NCBI GenBank assembly: GCA_051891195.1
Contig: JBJFEZ010000008.1
Coordinates: forward strand, 340 to 64,339
DNA: 64,000 bases
Direction: 5' to 3'
Origin: Clostridia bacterium
GTDB lineage: Bacteria > Bacillota > Clostridia > TANB77 > CAG-508
Part shown: positions 11,401 through 19,310 of the stretch, piece by piece
How the letters are laid out: the number at the start of each line of letters is the position of its first letter
How positions within the stretch are numbered: the stretch's first letter is position 1
The notes under the pieces: model-generated
Databases searched by the model: none
Seen by the model: only the letters and a program-made list of their open reading frames with translations
What the model was told of the DNA's origin: nothing
Position numbers and translations under genes: made by a program

Positions 11401-12149
11401 AATAAACTCTTGGCAGGAACATCATTAATCACATCGTCTGTAGCATTTATTCCTATATTAGCCATTTTTTGATATATATTTTTATCTTTGTCTGATATGG
11501 TTTGTAATATTTCATTTATTCTTTCAGGGGCTTTTTTTAATGAATTTGTCATTCCTGACATTGGATTCGTCATATCTAAAAGTGATTTAATAAAATTTGT
11601 TCCTACCTCAAGCGTTTCTTTTTCTTCGCCTTTATTCATCTCATTTGCCATATCGGTTAATCCAGCTTGTGCTATTCCTGTTATTCCTGTTACCGCTCCG
11701 CTTCCTGCACTTTTTCCAATAAAAGATAGTTTATCTCCTACCTTTTGTAAATAATTTCTGTCATCTGTTATACCTTTTGTTAATTTATACATATCACCGT
11801 CTTTTAATCCTTTGAAGCTATTTTTTTCTTCCGTTGTAGATAACCTTGCTGTTGGTAAAACATCTACTTTAGTTGGTATATTTTGTCTATAACTCGCATA
11901 TGATGTTTTGCTTTTTTTATTACTCGCAGTTGGTAGTTGTACTGTAGTTTTATCTTTTTTTAGGTTTTCATTAAAAGCACTATTTTTCTTTGTATCTATC
12001 TCATTATTTTTCGTTGCATATTTATTAAATAATTGATTTGCTTTTTTTTGCTCTTCTTGAACTTTTTTGACGTTTTCTTCTCTATTTGCTCTTAACTGCT
12101 TTAAATATTCTTCCTTTTCTTTTTCATCTTTGAATTTTGTTATAGGCAT
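5418..12149 (-). CDS. giant (2,243 aa) virion-associated polyvalent protein with zincin HExxH motif
   Basis: Uninterrupted ORF, RBS aggagg. N-terminal Gly/Ala-rich TMP-like segments. IMHELTHDLEG metallopeptidase motif. Several blocks resemble phage polyvalent-protein domains. Confidence 0.75.
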   Translation of the reverse strand: MPITKFKDEKEKEEYLKQLRANREENVKKVQEEQKKANQLFNKYATKNNEIDTKKNSAFNENLKKDKTTVQLPTASNKKSKTSYASYRQNIPTKVDVLPTARLSTTEEKNSFKGLKDGDMYKLTKGITDDRNYLQKVGDKLSFIGKSAGSGAVTGITGIAQAGLTDMANEMNKGEEKETLEVGTNFIKSLLDMTNPMSGMTNSLKKAPERINEILQTISDKDKNIYQKMANIGINATDDVINDVPAKSLFNSSNQIVGKIAPKASEEILNINNVISQPSQKLQEYIAEEAEKQDELTRLLGGASQAVGNMLPSIGVTALTGSPTAGLATMGMSAKGQATQEALNKGAELDQAVKVGNTKAMIEIGSEMLTGGVNIFGKGALDDIITNGIDKKVKNEVANFLIKKGLDIPGEILEETISDVLGTAIDKGTVDPNASYSISDWSETAITTMLSTIVLNALTGGYGKKAYNANKVQVQESLNNQNLQQNTTNNVNNVQEQQIIPSGIKMPQNQNMEQIDNILPVANEQNNYLTKNYEESAKKYNIDINNKTVKSINRVTQERGIKTTYNADLFTDNNTNAIWKTSTDVDGIQVREIILNPNADTNKTLQNVIMHELTHDLEGTAEYNELKDLILNYDKGYVDFEKARKSLEDIYSKVYDRNNIEFQSLVDNEAVADILGNKLGDQNFINNLTMEKPTLGRKIYNWVVDKLNKINKLTGYSSERLFWADVKNKFENAYRQDYKGNNNNSKYSIQTDSNGNKYVRVDTDQNIFEGKSIKEQTKIAQEYILNNFRENGLLKDDNTINISRKTATEYTHPKNGLDNTTYSSKMKASTELDNLLEISQFIKSEPDDGRHIFAKDGWDYYETVFKVGDKTYSGWLNIANGKNGKLLYDITNIKERASNYSVKTVSVANSSINNSITPQNENVNTTKYSIQESENNSGSFNLSKNNTELSEEAKKQLHRYIGLDNQTLNEKITEVIENKENMLQEVDRLRKEYKEFQNTEEFKNALNDFATNDVVPKEVNDIMDKAQKYADKIRYYDNAYNEYQAQYEAINSILMGNSTDTRSTDNIVRDAEEHFGITKNFKETPYIDTNGNQIDFSGRHEGGPSGSRTLDHRQINEIDVDMNTFIDMGNIRIIPEGGGINLKIEPNMKQYNKLREYIDSVNGEIYIDIDKTNTTYDSAEYKAGTSSSKIISDIQYYFKNGEFPKQSELAQFRYSVQKNNAWQQYLDENYKSTGKGQTIQEVKLPIADKQQAPTAKNNTLETGEYTRQQKNKILNPSEISNLSREDANTTPKLNSKKYERGNKQSNFLSNIAVDSQFLNEDLRKVMSQEENIRYYKGITNEKTLEKAYNSLKDGGEKETLNWFSKNDKNTSAEDVAKGWILLKQYQDSGDYQGAVEVAKKMRQMGTSAGQAVQAYNILSRLTPEGMFYYAQSELNEVYSKMVEGKSKEWIEANQDKFNLTQEETQTILDTMKEVSELEDGREKNVKLAQIQKLVSDKIPATTGQSVKAWMRISMLFNPKTQVRNVMGNAVVLPVNATSDVFAGALDKLISKKTGIRTTGITKEGIKGYAKGFGKGVFESYDDFKKGINTRNVEDNRFEIGEGKSFKDNGIGKALNRVDNILSFALDVGDRGFYEATFTNSINNQMVLNNTTEVNQDMIDIATNEALQRTWQDSNNYTQAVLSIRNILNKANIKGYGLGDVLIPFAKTPANLTKAIVDYSPVGLTKTLALDAKKFTNSLQNGQYSAQLQHNFVQNVGKGLAGTLLYVLAYGLAKAGIATGESDDDKDIKNFMKNSLGISSYSIKIGDKSFTYDWAQPVATPLAIMTNYVKYSKDNPDANAIEKAIKAMDIGTEQLLQQSFMESLNTVLNGNGTTLENLSQAILELPARAIPTFSKQIADMIDSTQRTSFEYNEPVQSAINSIKAKIPGLSQTLPVAVDTLGNDIQKYGGNNNLWNVMFNPANTNKGQLSKVGEEIYNVYMQTGDTTIFPRTAPYYINSNGEKITMTSTQRSNFQKVSGKYVEESLNSLLTSKNYKKLSNDEKAKVINEIISDSYSKAKYDVLGLDTKEYSKTREILKDVKASTYYSYKINTAGVKNADEKIQILVDSNYSNKEKTVLYENYILSSEDETYPLIKNFFTEDGLNIDKYLNYKQQDFSSDKKDDGTLKGKTITGSAEKKRRTYLNEMKISYTQRLLLLGTQYKLESSERTTLANYIKSSNLSKEDKLKLYSKLKGFTVYKDGTVEW

Positions 12150-12160
12150 ATTTACTCCTC

Positions 12161-13339
12161 CTATTTAGTTGCTTTATAGCCATAATAAGCTAATAATTCT
12201 TCCGCACTTGCAAAAGTTTTTCCTGTATATCCATCTTTTATAGGCTTTGTTATTCCAGGTCCTTGAATTACTTTCATATTATTTAACACTTCTTGATAGC
12301 TTTTGTCTGTTGAAATGCTTGTATCATTATTTGAACTTATTGAAATTTTTCCAGTAGTTCCTCCTGAGCCACTACTTCTTGAGCTACTACTTGAACTGCT
12401 ACTTCTAGCTAAGTTTTTTTTTGAAAGTTCATATTCTTTTAGCCAGTTACTTTGAGCTAATGCATCTTGTTGTTTTTGATATTCAAATTCTGCTAATGCT
12501 TGTTGATATTGTTTTTCCCAATTACTTTGAGATAAAGCATCTTGTTGTTTTTGATAATCGTAATTTGCAAATTTTATATAATTACTTAATGCATCTTGGT
12601 ATTTTTGATATGCTAATTCATTGCCATATTTCTGTAATTCTAACTTTGCATTTTCTATATCTGCCAACAATTCATTTTGCTTTATTGCATACTGTAGATT
12701 TGTTTCATTTACTTGCTTATTAATGTTATCTATGGACTTATCTCTGCTTGTTTGTAATGTTGCTAAATTATTTCCATATGAATTTTCTAAATTAGAATAT
12801 GCACTATTCACAACTCCAGTTGTATTAAGACCAGCCTGTGATAACTGTTGTTGTAAATTTTGTTGACCTAACATTTTATTAATATACGCTTGTCTAGCAT
12901 TATCGTTATATGTTTGCATTACATCGTCTTTTTGTGCATTTATTTTGTCTACAGCCAATGTTTGCTGATTTGCTAAGGCTTGTTTCTGTTGTTCTGCAAT
13001 TTTTTCATATTGAGCTAATAAAGAATTAGTATCATTACCAACATTTGCAGTTTGATTTTGAGCATATGCTTGAGCTAACTCTTGTGTACTTTGTGTTGGT
13101 GTTTGCACTACTGGTGCTGGTTGAATCGTTTGTGTTGTAGGTTTTGAAGCTGTGTTCGTATTGTTAGTACTATTAGTTGTTCCTGAAGTAGTACCTGGTA
13201 TATTTAGTGTTTTTCCTGCATATATTAAATTAGCATTTTTAATATAAGGATTTAATCCCATTAAAGTTGATACGTTTGTATTATATTTTTGTGCAATTCC
13301 TGATAATGTATCTCCGCTTTTTATTTTATATGTTGCCAT
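12161..13339 (-). CDS. LysM-domain, Gln-rich coiled-coil repeat protein
   Basis: N-terminal LysM ([23 protein letters not shown]), tandem [13 protein letters not shown] repeats, poly-Ser tract. ATG 13339 is preferred because GGAGG lies 5 nt upstream. Confidence 0.7.
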   Translation of the reverse strand: MATYKIKSGDTLSGIAQKYNTNVSTLMGLNPYIKNANLIYAGKTLNIPGTTSGTTNSTNNTNTASKPTTQTIQPAPVVQTPTQSTQELAQAYAQNQTANVGNDTNSLLAQYEKIAEQQKQALANQQTLAVDKINAQKDDVMQTYNDNARQAYINKMLGQQNLQQQLSQAGLNTTGVVNSAYSNLENSYGNNLATLQTSRDKSIDNINKQVNETNLQYAIKQNELLADIENAKLELQKYGNELAYQKYQDALSNYIKFANYDYQKQQDALSQSNWEKQYQQALAEFEYQKQQDALAQSNWLKEYELSKKNLARSSSSSSSSRSSGSGGTTGKISISSNNDTSISTDKSYQEVLNNMKVIQGPGITKPIKDGYTGKTFASAEELLAYYGYKATK

Positions 13340-13357
13340 ATTTACCTCCATAAAATA

Positions 13358-13381
13358 AAGCTAGGCTCTAAACCTAGCTTT
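13358..13381 (-). terminator. hairpin immediately after the endolysin stop
   Basis: agctagg..cctagct stem, then T-rich sequence on the minus strand. Confidence 0.45.
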
Positions 13382-14284
13382 TTATTTTAATAATAATTCT
13401 GTAGTTTTTGCTCCTACATAACCGTCTACTGTTAATCCGTTTGCTTTTTGAAATGCTTTTACTGCATTTCTAGTTGCTGGACCATAACTTCCATCTATTC
13501 CATACTTTCCTAAAGAGTATCCTTTCTTTAAGAGTCTCTCTTGAATAAATCTTACGTGATTATTTACAATTACTTTTTTTAACAAACTATAATGTAAATA
13601 ATATTTGTTAGCTTTTGCTTTACTGTCTGCTCCATAGCTATTGTCTTCTGCTAGTCCACACTTATATACTTTGTTCATAACTTTTTGCCATTCTAGTACG
13701 GTTGTGTCTTTTTTGACTGGTTCTTTTATTGTAGGTTCTTTAGTATCTTCTTTGTATTTTGGTCTTCCATAACCCGCTATGTAATTTGCATTTAAAGGGT
13801 ACTCTTTTTGGCATACCATTGTTGAATATCCATTTCCGTCTTTGCTTGTATTTCCTTCTATAGTATAAACTTTCTTACTGTCTACTTTATAAACTAATCC
13901 AGTATGGTATATATCGTCGCCATTTCCAAAGAATATTTGGTCTCCTACTTTAGGTGTATTATATAGTTGTCCTTTACTTTTATAAAATCCCATTGAGAAA
14001 TAACAACCTGCTCCTGTACTTTTCTTTGGTTGGCACAATAACTCTAATGCTTTGTCTACTCCAAAAGATTGTACAAAACACCAGTCTACGAATACATCGC
14101 ACCAGTCATAGCCGTTTTTCTTTCCATTATAAAAGCCCGTGATATTATCTAAATCACGAGCATATTTATTATAATTATTTCTTCCTGCATTTTCTGTTTT
14201 GCTATCTAAATTAGAATTTGTTTTTTTCTCAATATAGCCTACTTCTTTTAAGGCTATATCTATTACTTTTTGAGCTTCGTTCAT
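13382..14284 (-). CDS. endolysin: CHAP/NlpC-P60-type amidase/peptidase plus C-terminal PG_binding_1
   Basis: Catalytic Cys context NGYDWCDVFVDWC, HTGLVY..IEGNTS, and C-terminal YGPATRNAVKAFQKANGLTVDGYVG. Confidence 0.85.
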   Translation of the reverse strand: MNEAQKVIDIALKEVGYIEKKTNSNLDSKTENAGRNNYNKYARDLDNITGFYNGKKNGYDWCDVFVDWCFVQSFGVDKALELLCQPKKSTGAGCYFSMGFYKSKGQLYNTPKVGDQIFFGNGDDIYHTGLVYKVDSKKVYTIEGNTSKDGNGYSTMVCQKEYPLNANYIAGYGRPKYKEDTKEPTIKEPVKKDTTVLEWQKVMNKVYKCGLAEDNSYGADSKAKANKYYLHYSLLKKVIVNNHVRFIQERLLKKGYSLGKYGIDGSYGPATRNAVKAFQKANGLTVDGYVGAKTTELLLK

Positions 14285-14287
14285 TGA

Positions 14288-14593
14288 TTATTCCTCCTTA
14301 TTTGATTTATTTAGACATCCATCGTCCAGTAAATCGTGTGCTACTTTTCTTGTATTGTCATAAATCATTTGCACTATTTGTTTAAAACTGTCTTCTCCTA
14401 TAAATAATCTAATAATATTTGGTATGTAGTTATACAAGTTTTCACATACGTAATTGAACTTGTCCTCTGTAATGTTTTTCTCTGCCTCTAAAAACAAAGC
14501 GTTTGCTTTATTTCTTAAACTTTCTACTTTAATTATTAATAACAATAATATAAATACTATTAATGCTACTATTCCTATTAGAACGTACTCCAT
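14288..14593 (-). CDS. putative holin / lysis membrane protein
   Basis: N-terminal TM helix. Lies directly upstream of the endolysin. Confidence 0.5.
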   Translation of the reverse strand: MEYVLIGIVALIVFILLLLIIKVESLRNKANALFLEAEKNITEDKFNYVCENLYNYIPNIIRLFIGEDSFKQIVQMIYDNTRKVAHDLLDDGCLNKSNKEE

Positions 14594-14609
14594 AATTTTT
14601 ACATTCCTT

Positions 14610-14915
14610 TCACTTTAATATTTTATATTGCTCTGATATATAAGCCATTTCGTTATCTATATAGTGATTTTTTTGTTTTAACTTTTCTATCAGTGTTTCA
14701 TATTGGTCATACATCTCAAAGATTGCTTGAAATTCTTCTCTAGTCTTTATTATTCCATTTCTTAAATCTCCTGCAAAGCTACATATTTCATAACGATACT
14801 GCAGTCTCTGATTGTTATATAATCCACTTAATTTTACATCTAAGACCTTACTTATAGAGGCTACAATCGTTATTATAGCTGTTATTGTTCCTCCGATTGC
14901 TATTATTTTTTCCAT
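14610..14915 (-). CDS. putative holin / lysis membrane protein
   Basis: N-terminal TM helix MEKIIAIGGTITAIITIVASI. Located in the lysis cassette. Confidence 0.5.
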   Translation of the reverse strand: MEKIIAIGGTITAIITIVASISKVLDVKLSGLYNNQRLQYRYEICSFAGDLRNGIIKTREEFQAIFEMYDQYETLIEKLKQKNHYIDNEMAYISEQYKILK

Positions 14916-14932
14916 TCTTTTTTTCCTTTCTT

Positions 14933-15310
14933 TTAATTTTTCAAATAATGTACTTCTGCTATCGCATAGTAAGTTTTATAGTTTTGTGTATATGTTGTAA
15001 CTTTAATGTCATAGGTTTCTATACTGACATTGACCGTATAGTCATTAACCTTGTTAGAAACTGTCTTATATGCCCAACCACCTACATTAACAAATACTTC
15101 AAAATAAGTGAACTCTACATTTGTAAGTCCTGTTTCTATAGTAGTTGTTCCTGGAGAATTTGAAAGTAACTGTTTAAATCTTTTTCCATACTCTTTTTTG
15201 CCGTCTATAATACGTCCCGTTTCAAATTCTACACCTGTTGTAATTTTTTGCATACTTCTAGGATAATATAAATTTCCTTCACTATCTTTAAAATATCCAC
15301 TATAATTCAT
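14933..15310 (-). CDS. receptor-binding-tip-like paralog 3
   Basis: Shares N-terminal MNYSGYFKDSEGNLYYP with the two upstream ORFs. The C-terminus is unrelated. Confidence 0.6.
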   Translation of the reverse strand: MNYSGYFKDSEGNLYYPRSMQKITTGVEFETGRIIDGKKEYGKRFKQLLSNSPGTTTIETGLTNVEFTYFEVFVNVGGWAYKTVSNKVNDYTVNVSIETYDIKVTTYTQNYKTYYAIAEVHYLKN

Positions 15311-15336
15311 ACTTATTATTTATTTAATCAACTTAA

Positions 15337-15729
15337 TCACTTCCATTTTCCTATTGCAATAGCTTTGATTTGAGTGCTAGTTCCTGTAGCCCTTGGGTAG
15401 AAATCATATCCTATTAATGTTGCATATGTTTTGTTTATCTCTGTCACACTTCCCCAGCTACCACTTGTACCCCAACGAAAACTTCCACAATTTACAACTG
15501 GTGCCGATATAAATACTTGAGGAAAAGTCCATCTTCTTGTTCCGAAGTATAGTGCTGAAGTACCATACTGAGTGTTTATTGATTGGTCTGTCGCTGTAAT
15601 GTTTAGGTAGCATATCATCGTTCCATCTACAAACTTGATATAATGTCCATTTTCATTACTTCCGCTTTCCACAATTCCAGGATAATACTTATTGCCTTCA
15701 TTGTCTTGAAAGTAACCTGTATAATTCAT
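15337..15729 (-). CDS. receptor-binding-tip-like paralog 2 (tail-fibre knob-like C-terminus)
   Basis: N-terminal MNYTGYFQDNEGNKYYP. The C-terminus ..WTFPQVF..VVNC..IAIGKWK resembles tail-fibre gp53-like C-terminal domains. Confidence 0.6.
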   Translation of the reverse strand: MNYTGYFQDNEGNKYYPGIVESGSNENGHYIKFVDGTMICYLNITATDQSINTQYGTSALYFGTRRWTFPQVFISAPVVNCGSFRWGTSGSWGSVTEINKTYATLIGYDFYPRATGTSTQIKAIAIGKWK

Positions 15730-15740
15730 ATATTTTCATA

Positions 15741-16189
15741 TTAAGCACTTTTAGATATTAATGTCTTACCAGAAATGAGATTTTCAAATTCTTCTTTTGT
15801 ATATCCTTGCCAACGAATAGTGACATTGGCACTAGCTAAAATTTCTATAAACCAATTATCATTATAATTTGGGCTATATAAAAATATATAATCTTTGTTG
15901 TTGTCTGTATAAACATAAAATATTTTTTTATATGAACTTAAACTCCAAGGCACTACAGTTGCAACTACTACTTTTCCGTTTTTATCTACATTGGCAAAAC
16001 CTGCTATTCCACTATCATAATAGTCAGTATTGCTAATAAACATCGTTAATTGTCCTGCTAAACTGCTATCTTTGCCATTATGTACTTGTGTGCCTATCAG
16101 ATAATATCTATTTCTCATTCCTTTAAATCTCATTCGTGAATTAGGATAGTATTTATTTCCCTCAATGTCCTGAAAATATCCACTATAGT

Positions 16190-16193
<4 letters not shown>
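15741..16193 (-). CDS. receptor-binding-tip-like paralog 1
   Basis: N-terminal MNYSGYFQDIEGNKYYP. Its ATG overlaps the stop of the leader ORF (ATGA). Its own SD lies only 1 nt from the ATG. Confidence 0.6.
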
Positions 16194-16351
<158 letters not shown>

Positions 16352-16379
16352 ACACTCCACCTTCCTTTCTTTTTTATTT

Positions 16380-17879
16380 TTAGCTCCAGCTATCTGTCAC
16401 TACAAAGGAAAGGACTTTATTCCCTCCCATATAGATTTGTTTTGTAAATTTACTTTCTAATGCTACTTCAAGCAAGTTTTCATCTGCTCCAGCCTCTGAA
16501 ACCTTACCAATTGCCATAGATTTGCCAGAAGCGTTAAAATCCATTAATGTAAAGCCTGTTCCAATAGGTTGTACTATTGATGAACTGGTAAAATAATCAC
16601 CTACATAAAATTGGAAATCATAAGAGTTGTCTGCACTAAATGTTAGTCCACTTAAAATCACATTACTTTTATCTAAACTATAGCCACTATTTGATATTGT
16701 CACATATGTATAAGAACTGGCTGAGCTTAGTTTATATCCTATTTTAAAAACATGGCTATTTTTACTATTAACTGAACTTACACTCGCTTTAAATGTATAT
16801 TTTACGTATGTTCCCTCTTCATTAACTGTTCCATCTGAATTACACCTTGTTACGCTAGCAACCGATATACTAGGATTTGAATATGCTACACAAGTATATG
16901 TTGTTGTCTTTGTCGCTGTTCTTCCACGACTATCAGTAACAGTTACTGTAATTGTTTTTGTACCAGAACCTGTTAAAACATTTGAAATAAAATCACTTGA
17001 ATTATATGTATTGCTATCAATTCCTGTTATTTTATAACTTTTGATTGTTGAACCATAACTACCAGAAGCAGTTGTCACCACTCTTAGTTTTGACTTGTTT
17101 TGTACATAACACCCCCAACTCGATGGTACTGCTGAATTAGCTTCACTTAAAGCAATAGAACTTATTGAAGGAACCACACTGCTTGGTACAGTCAATGTTA
17201 GACTTACTGTTTTTGTTCCTACTAAAGTACTACCATTATATGTTTTACATGTAATCGTACAAGTTCCACTCGTTGCAGATGGTATTTGATTTGCTAAACT
17301 TAATGGTGGCGTCCATGTTGTACTTGCTCCCACACTAGAAGCTATTGTTCCACTTGTATTTCCAAAGCTGTATTCTAAAGTATGTGTAAAACTATCACTT
17401 TTTCTATTTGTTGTAATTGTCACACTGCTTCCCATTGCTACACTGCTAGCTGACAAAGTAGGTTCACTTGCTCTTGGAATTGTAGCAGGTGCTACTGTTA
17501 CGCTTGCACTACCACTCTTTAACGAATAAGTACCAGTTGCAGTAGTAGTGAATGAAGCTGATTTAGTTGCTGAATATGTACCATCAGAATTATGTGTTAC
17601 TGTAATTGTTCTTTCTCCAAATACTTGCCAAGTGTTTGTATTACTCATATCAAAGGTTTTAGCTGATAATGCTGTTCCGTCAATTGTACTTGTTTGATTG
17701 TATCCTTTCGTTGCGTATGATGAACTTGTTGACCTTACTTCTAATCTTAAAGTTATATTTGAAGTATTATTTTCAATACTTTGAGAATTTACTTGGTATC
17801 CTAATCTTGCTTGATAATAGCTTGATGTAGCTCCTCCACCTAGTTTACATGTTCCAATACTTCCATATGTATATGCCAT
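16380..17879 (-). CDS. Ser/Thr-rich tail fibre / spike protein
   Basis: 499 aa with beta-rich S/T/G composition. Located in the tail module. Confidence 0.55.
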   Translation of the reverse strand: MAYTYGSIGTCKLGGGATSSYYQARLGYQVNSQSIENNTSNITLRLEVRSTSSSYATKGYNQTSTIDGTALSAKTFDMSNTNTWQVFGERTITVTHNSDGTYSATKSASFTTTATGTYSLKSGSASVTVAPATIPRASEPTLSASSVAMGSSVTITTNRKSDSFTHTLEYSFGNTSGTIASSVGASTTWTPPLSLANQIPSATSGTCTITCKTYNGSTLVGTKTVSLTLTVPSSVVPSISSIALSEANSAVPSSWGCYVQNKSKLRVVTTASGSYGSTIKSYKITGIDSNTYNSSDFISNVLTGSGTKTITVTVTDSRGRTATKTTTYTCVAYSNPSISVASVTRCNSDGTVNEEGTYVKYTFKASVSSVNSKNSHVFKIGYKLSSASSYTYVTISNSGYSLDKSNVILSGLTFSADNSYDFQFYVGDYFTSSSIVQPIGTGFTLMDFNASGKSMAIGKVSEAGADENLLEVALESKFTKQIYMGGNKVLSFVVTDSWS

Positions 17880-19309
17880 TAGTTAACACCTACCTTTTTA
17901 AAAGACGTATTTCCGTTAGCACGTGGTATAAATGCAAAGTTACCTATTTTAAGGCTCTCTGTTACCTCTATTTTTGTTACATATAATTGATTGTTTGAAA
18001 AGTAAGCTACTTCTGAACCGTTTTGCTGATACGAAATTCTATCATTTTGAATCTTAAGTATTAACTCATTATCTGACCTACCTAAAATGATATTTCCATC
18101 TTCAAAGCGAATGTACTTTGTTATCTCTGCAAATTTTTCATTCGTACCTTCTTCATTATTAGCTATACTTTCTATTATTTGGTTAAATAAAAAGTTAAAA
18201 TCTGTGTTGGTTTGCTCAAATTGTGTAGACACACTTACTTGATAGTCTGTTAAAGCTTTTCCTAAATCTTCTAACTTTTTTTGCATTTCTGAACTTAGAA
18301 TATCTATGTTATTATCTAAAGAATTAGTAACCTCTTCTATATTTTGTTGTAAGTTTGTTAAAACCGTTGTTGTTTCTGTAACTGTTTGTTTAACTTCTCC
18401 TAAGTCTGTTGAAATATCTACTGTTCTTTTTGATATCGTTTCAACGTTATTTTCAATAATATCTACTCTAGTATCATATACAGGTATCCAATTTGTTCCA
18501 TTGTATCTATATAATTTATTGTTGTTTAAAGTATCTATCCATAAATCTCCTACTCCCATATTTTCTGTAGGTTCTGTCTCAGAATAGAAACTTTGTATCT
18601 TCCCATCAGCTACAAGCCTTGCTTCATTTGCTCTTTCAAAAGCCTTTTGTATTTCTGGGTCATCTAATAATTGCCACTCCGTTCCATTGTATCGGTATAG
18701 TTTTCCTTTAGTATATTTATCTACAGTCTCAGTTACATACCATAAATCTCCAATATGCTTTGCGTTTGGAATAGATGATTGATAAAATGTTATAATAATT
18801 CCATCTTCGATCGCTTCTTCTACATTTCCAATTCTATTTACTGCATTATTAAGATTATTAGCAACTTCATTAATACTAGCAATAGTTCCATATCCTAAAA
18901 TATTAACCCAATCGCTTTCATCATATTCTTTTCTGCTTACTATTGTAATTAATATTTCTCCTTTTTTCCCTGCTTTGTGGTCTGTGTCAGCTTGTAAAAT
19001 CCACATATCGCCTATGTTATAGTTGCTAGGTTGACTTAAATATGTTTTGTTCTTTTTCTCTGCTTCTTCTTTAGCTCCACTTTCTGTCGTCCAATCACTA
19101 TCTACATATAGCCCTATTAATCTTGTATTAACGCAAGTATAAAATGTATTTCCATCTATCCAAGTATCTCCAGCATAATATGGTGGAGTAGGTTTACTAG
19201 CATAGTGTCTGCTTATTGTTATTGTTCCTGAATCAAAAGCTTCATTACTAATTATCTTTTTTAAATATCCTAAATTTACTAAATCTTCATCATATTTTGG
19301 TTCACTCAT
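17879..19309 (-). CDS. tail fibre-like protein with repeated DxW..YRYNGTxW motifs and a coiled coil
   Basis: Repeats GDTWIDG, GDMWILQ, GDLWYVT..LYRYNGTEW and GDLWIDT..LYRYNGTNW, then a coiled-coil segment. Confidence 0.55.
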   Translation of the reverse strand: MSEPKYDEDLVNLGYLKKIISNEAFDSGTITISRHYASKPTPPYYAGDTWIDGNTFYTCVNTRLIGLYVDSDWTTESGAKEEAEKKNKTYLSQPSNYNIGDMWILQADTDHKAGKKGEILITIVSRKEYDESDWVNILGYGTIASINEVANNLNNAVNRIGNVEEAIEDGIIITFYQSSIPNAKHIGDLWYVTETVDKYTKGKLYRYNGTEWQLLDDPEIQKAFERANEARLVADGKIQSFYSETEPTENMGVGDLWIDTLNNNKLYRYNGTNWIPVYDTRVDIIENNVETISKRTVDISTDLGEVKQTVTETTTVLTNLQQNIEEVTNSLDNNIDILSSEMQKKLEDLGKALTDYQVSVSTQFEQTNTDFNFLFNQIIESIANNEEGTNEKFAEITKYIRFEDGNIILGRSDNELILKIQNDRISYQQNGSEVAYFSNNQLYVTKIEVTESLKIGNFAFIPRANGNTSFKKVGVN

Positions 19310-19310
19310 A

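Noticed and set aside
7291-11754. Plus-strand ORFs inside the giant gene (7291-7641, 10870-11238, 11488-11754 and others). Similar antisense ORFs occur at 30091-30603, 32986-33504, 43493-43945 and 52474-52866.
   Set aside because: They are antisense to much longer, well-supported genes. They have low-complexity Leu/Ser/Phe-rich composition and lack RBSs.
5418-12149. Calling the 2,243-aa ORF a tape-measure protein
   Set aside because: It lies after the lysis cassette, not between tail chaperones and distal tail genes. It carries an HExxH peptidase motif, and no tail tube or chaperone genes are present. The neutral call of polyvalent virion protein is kept.
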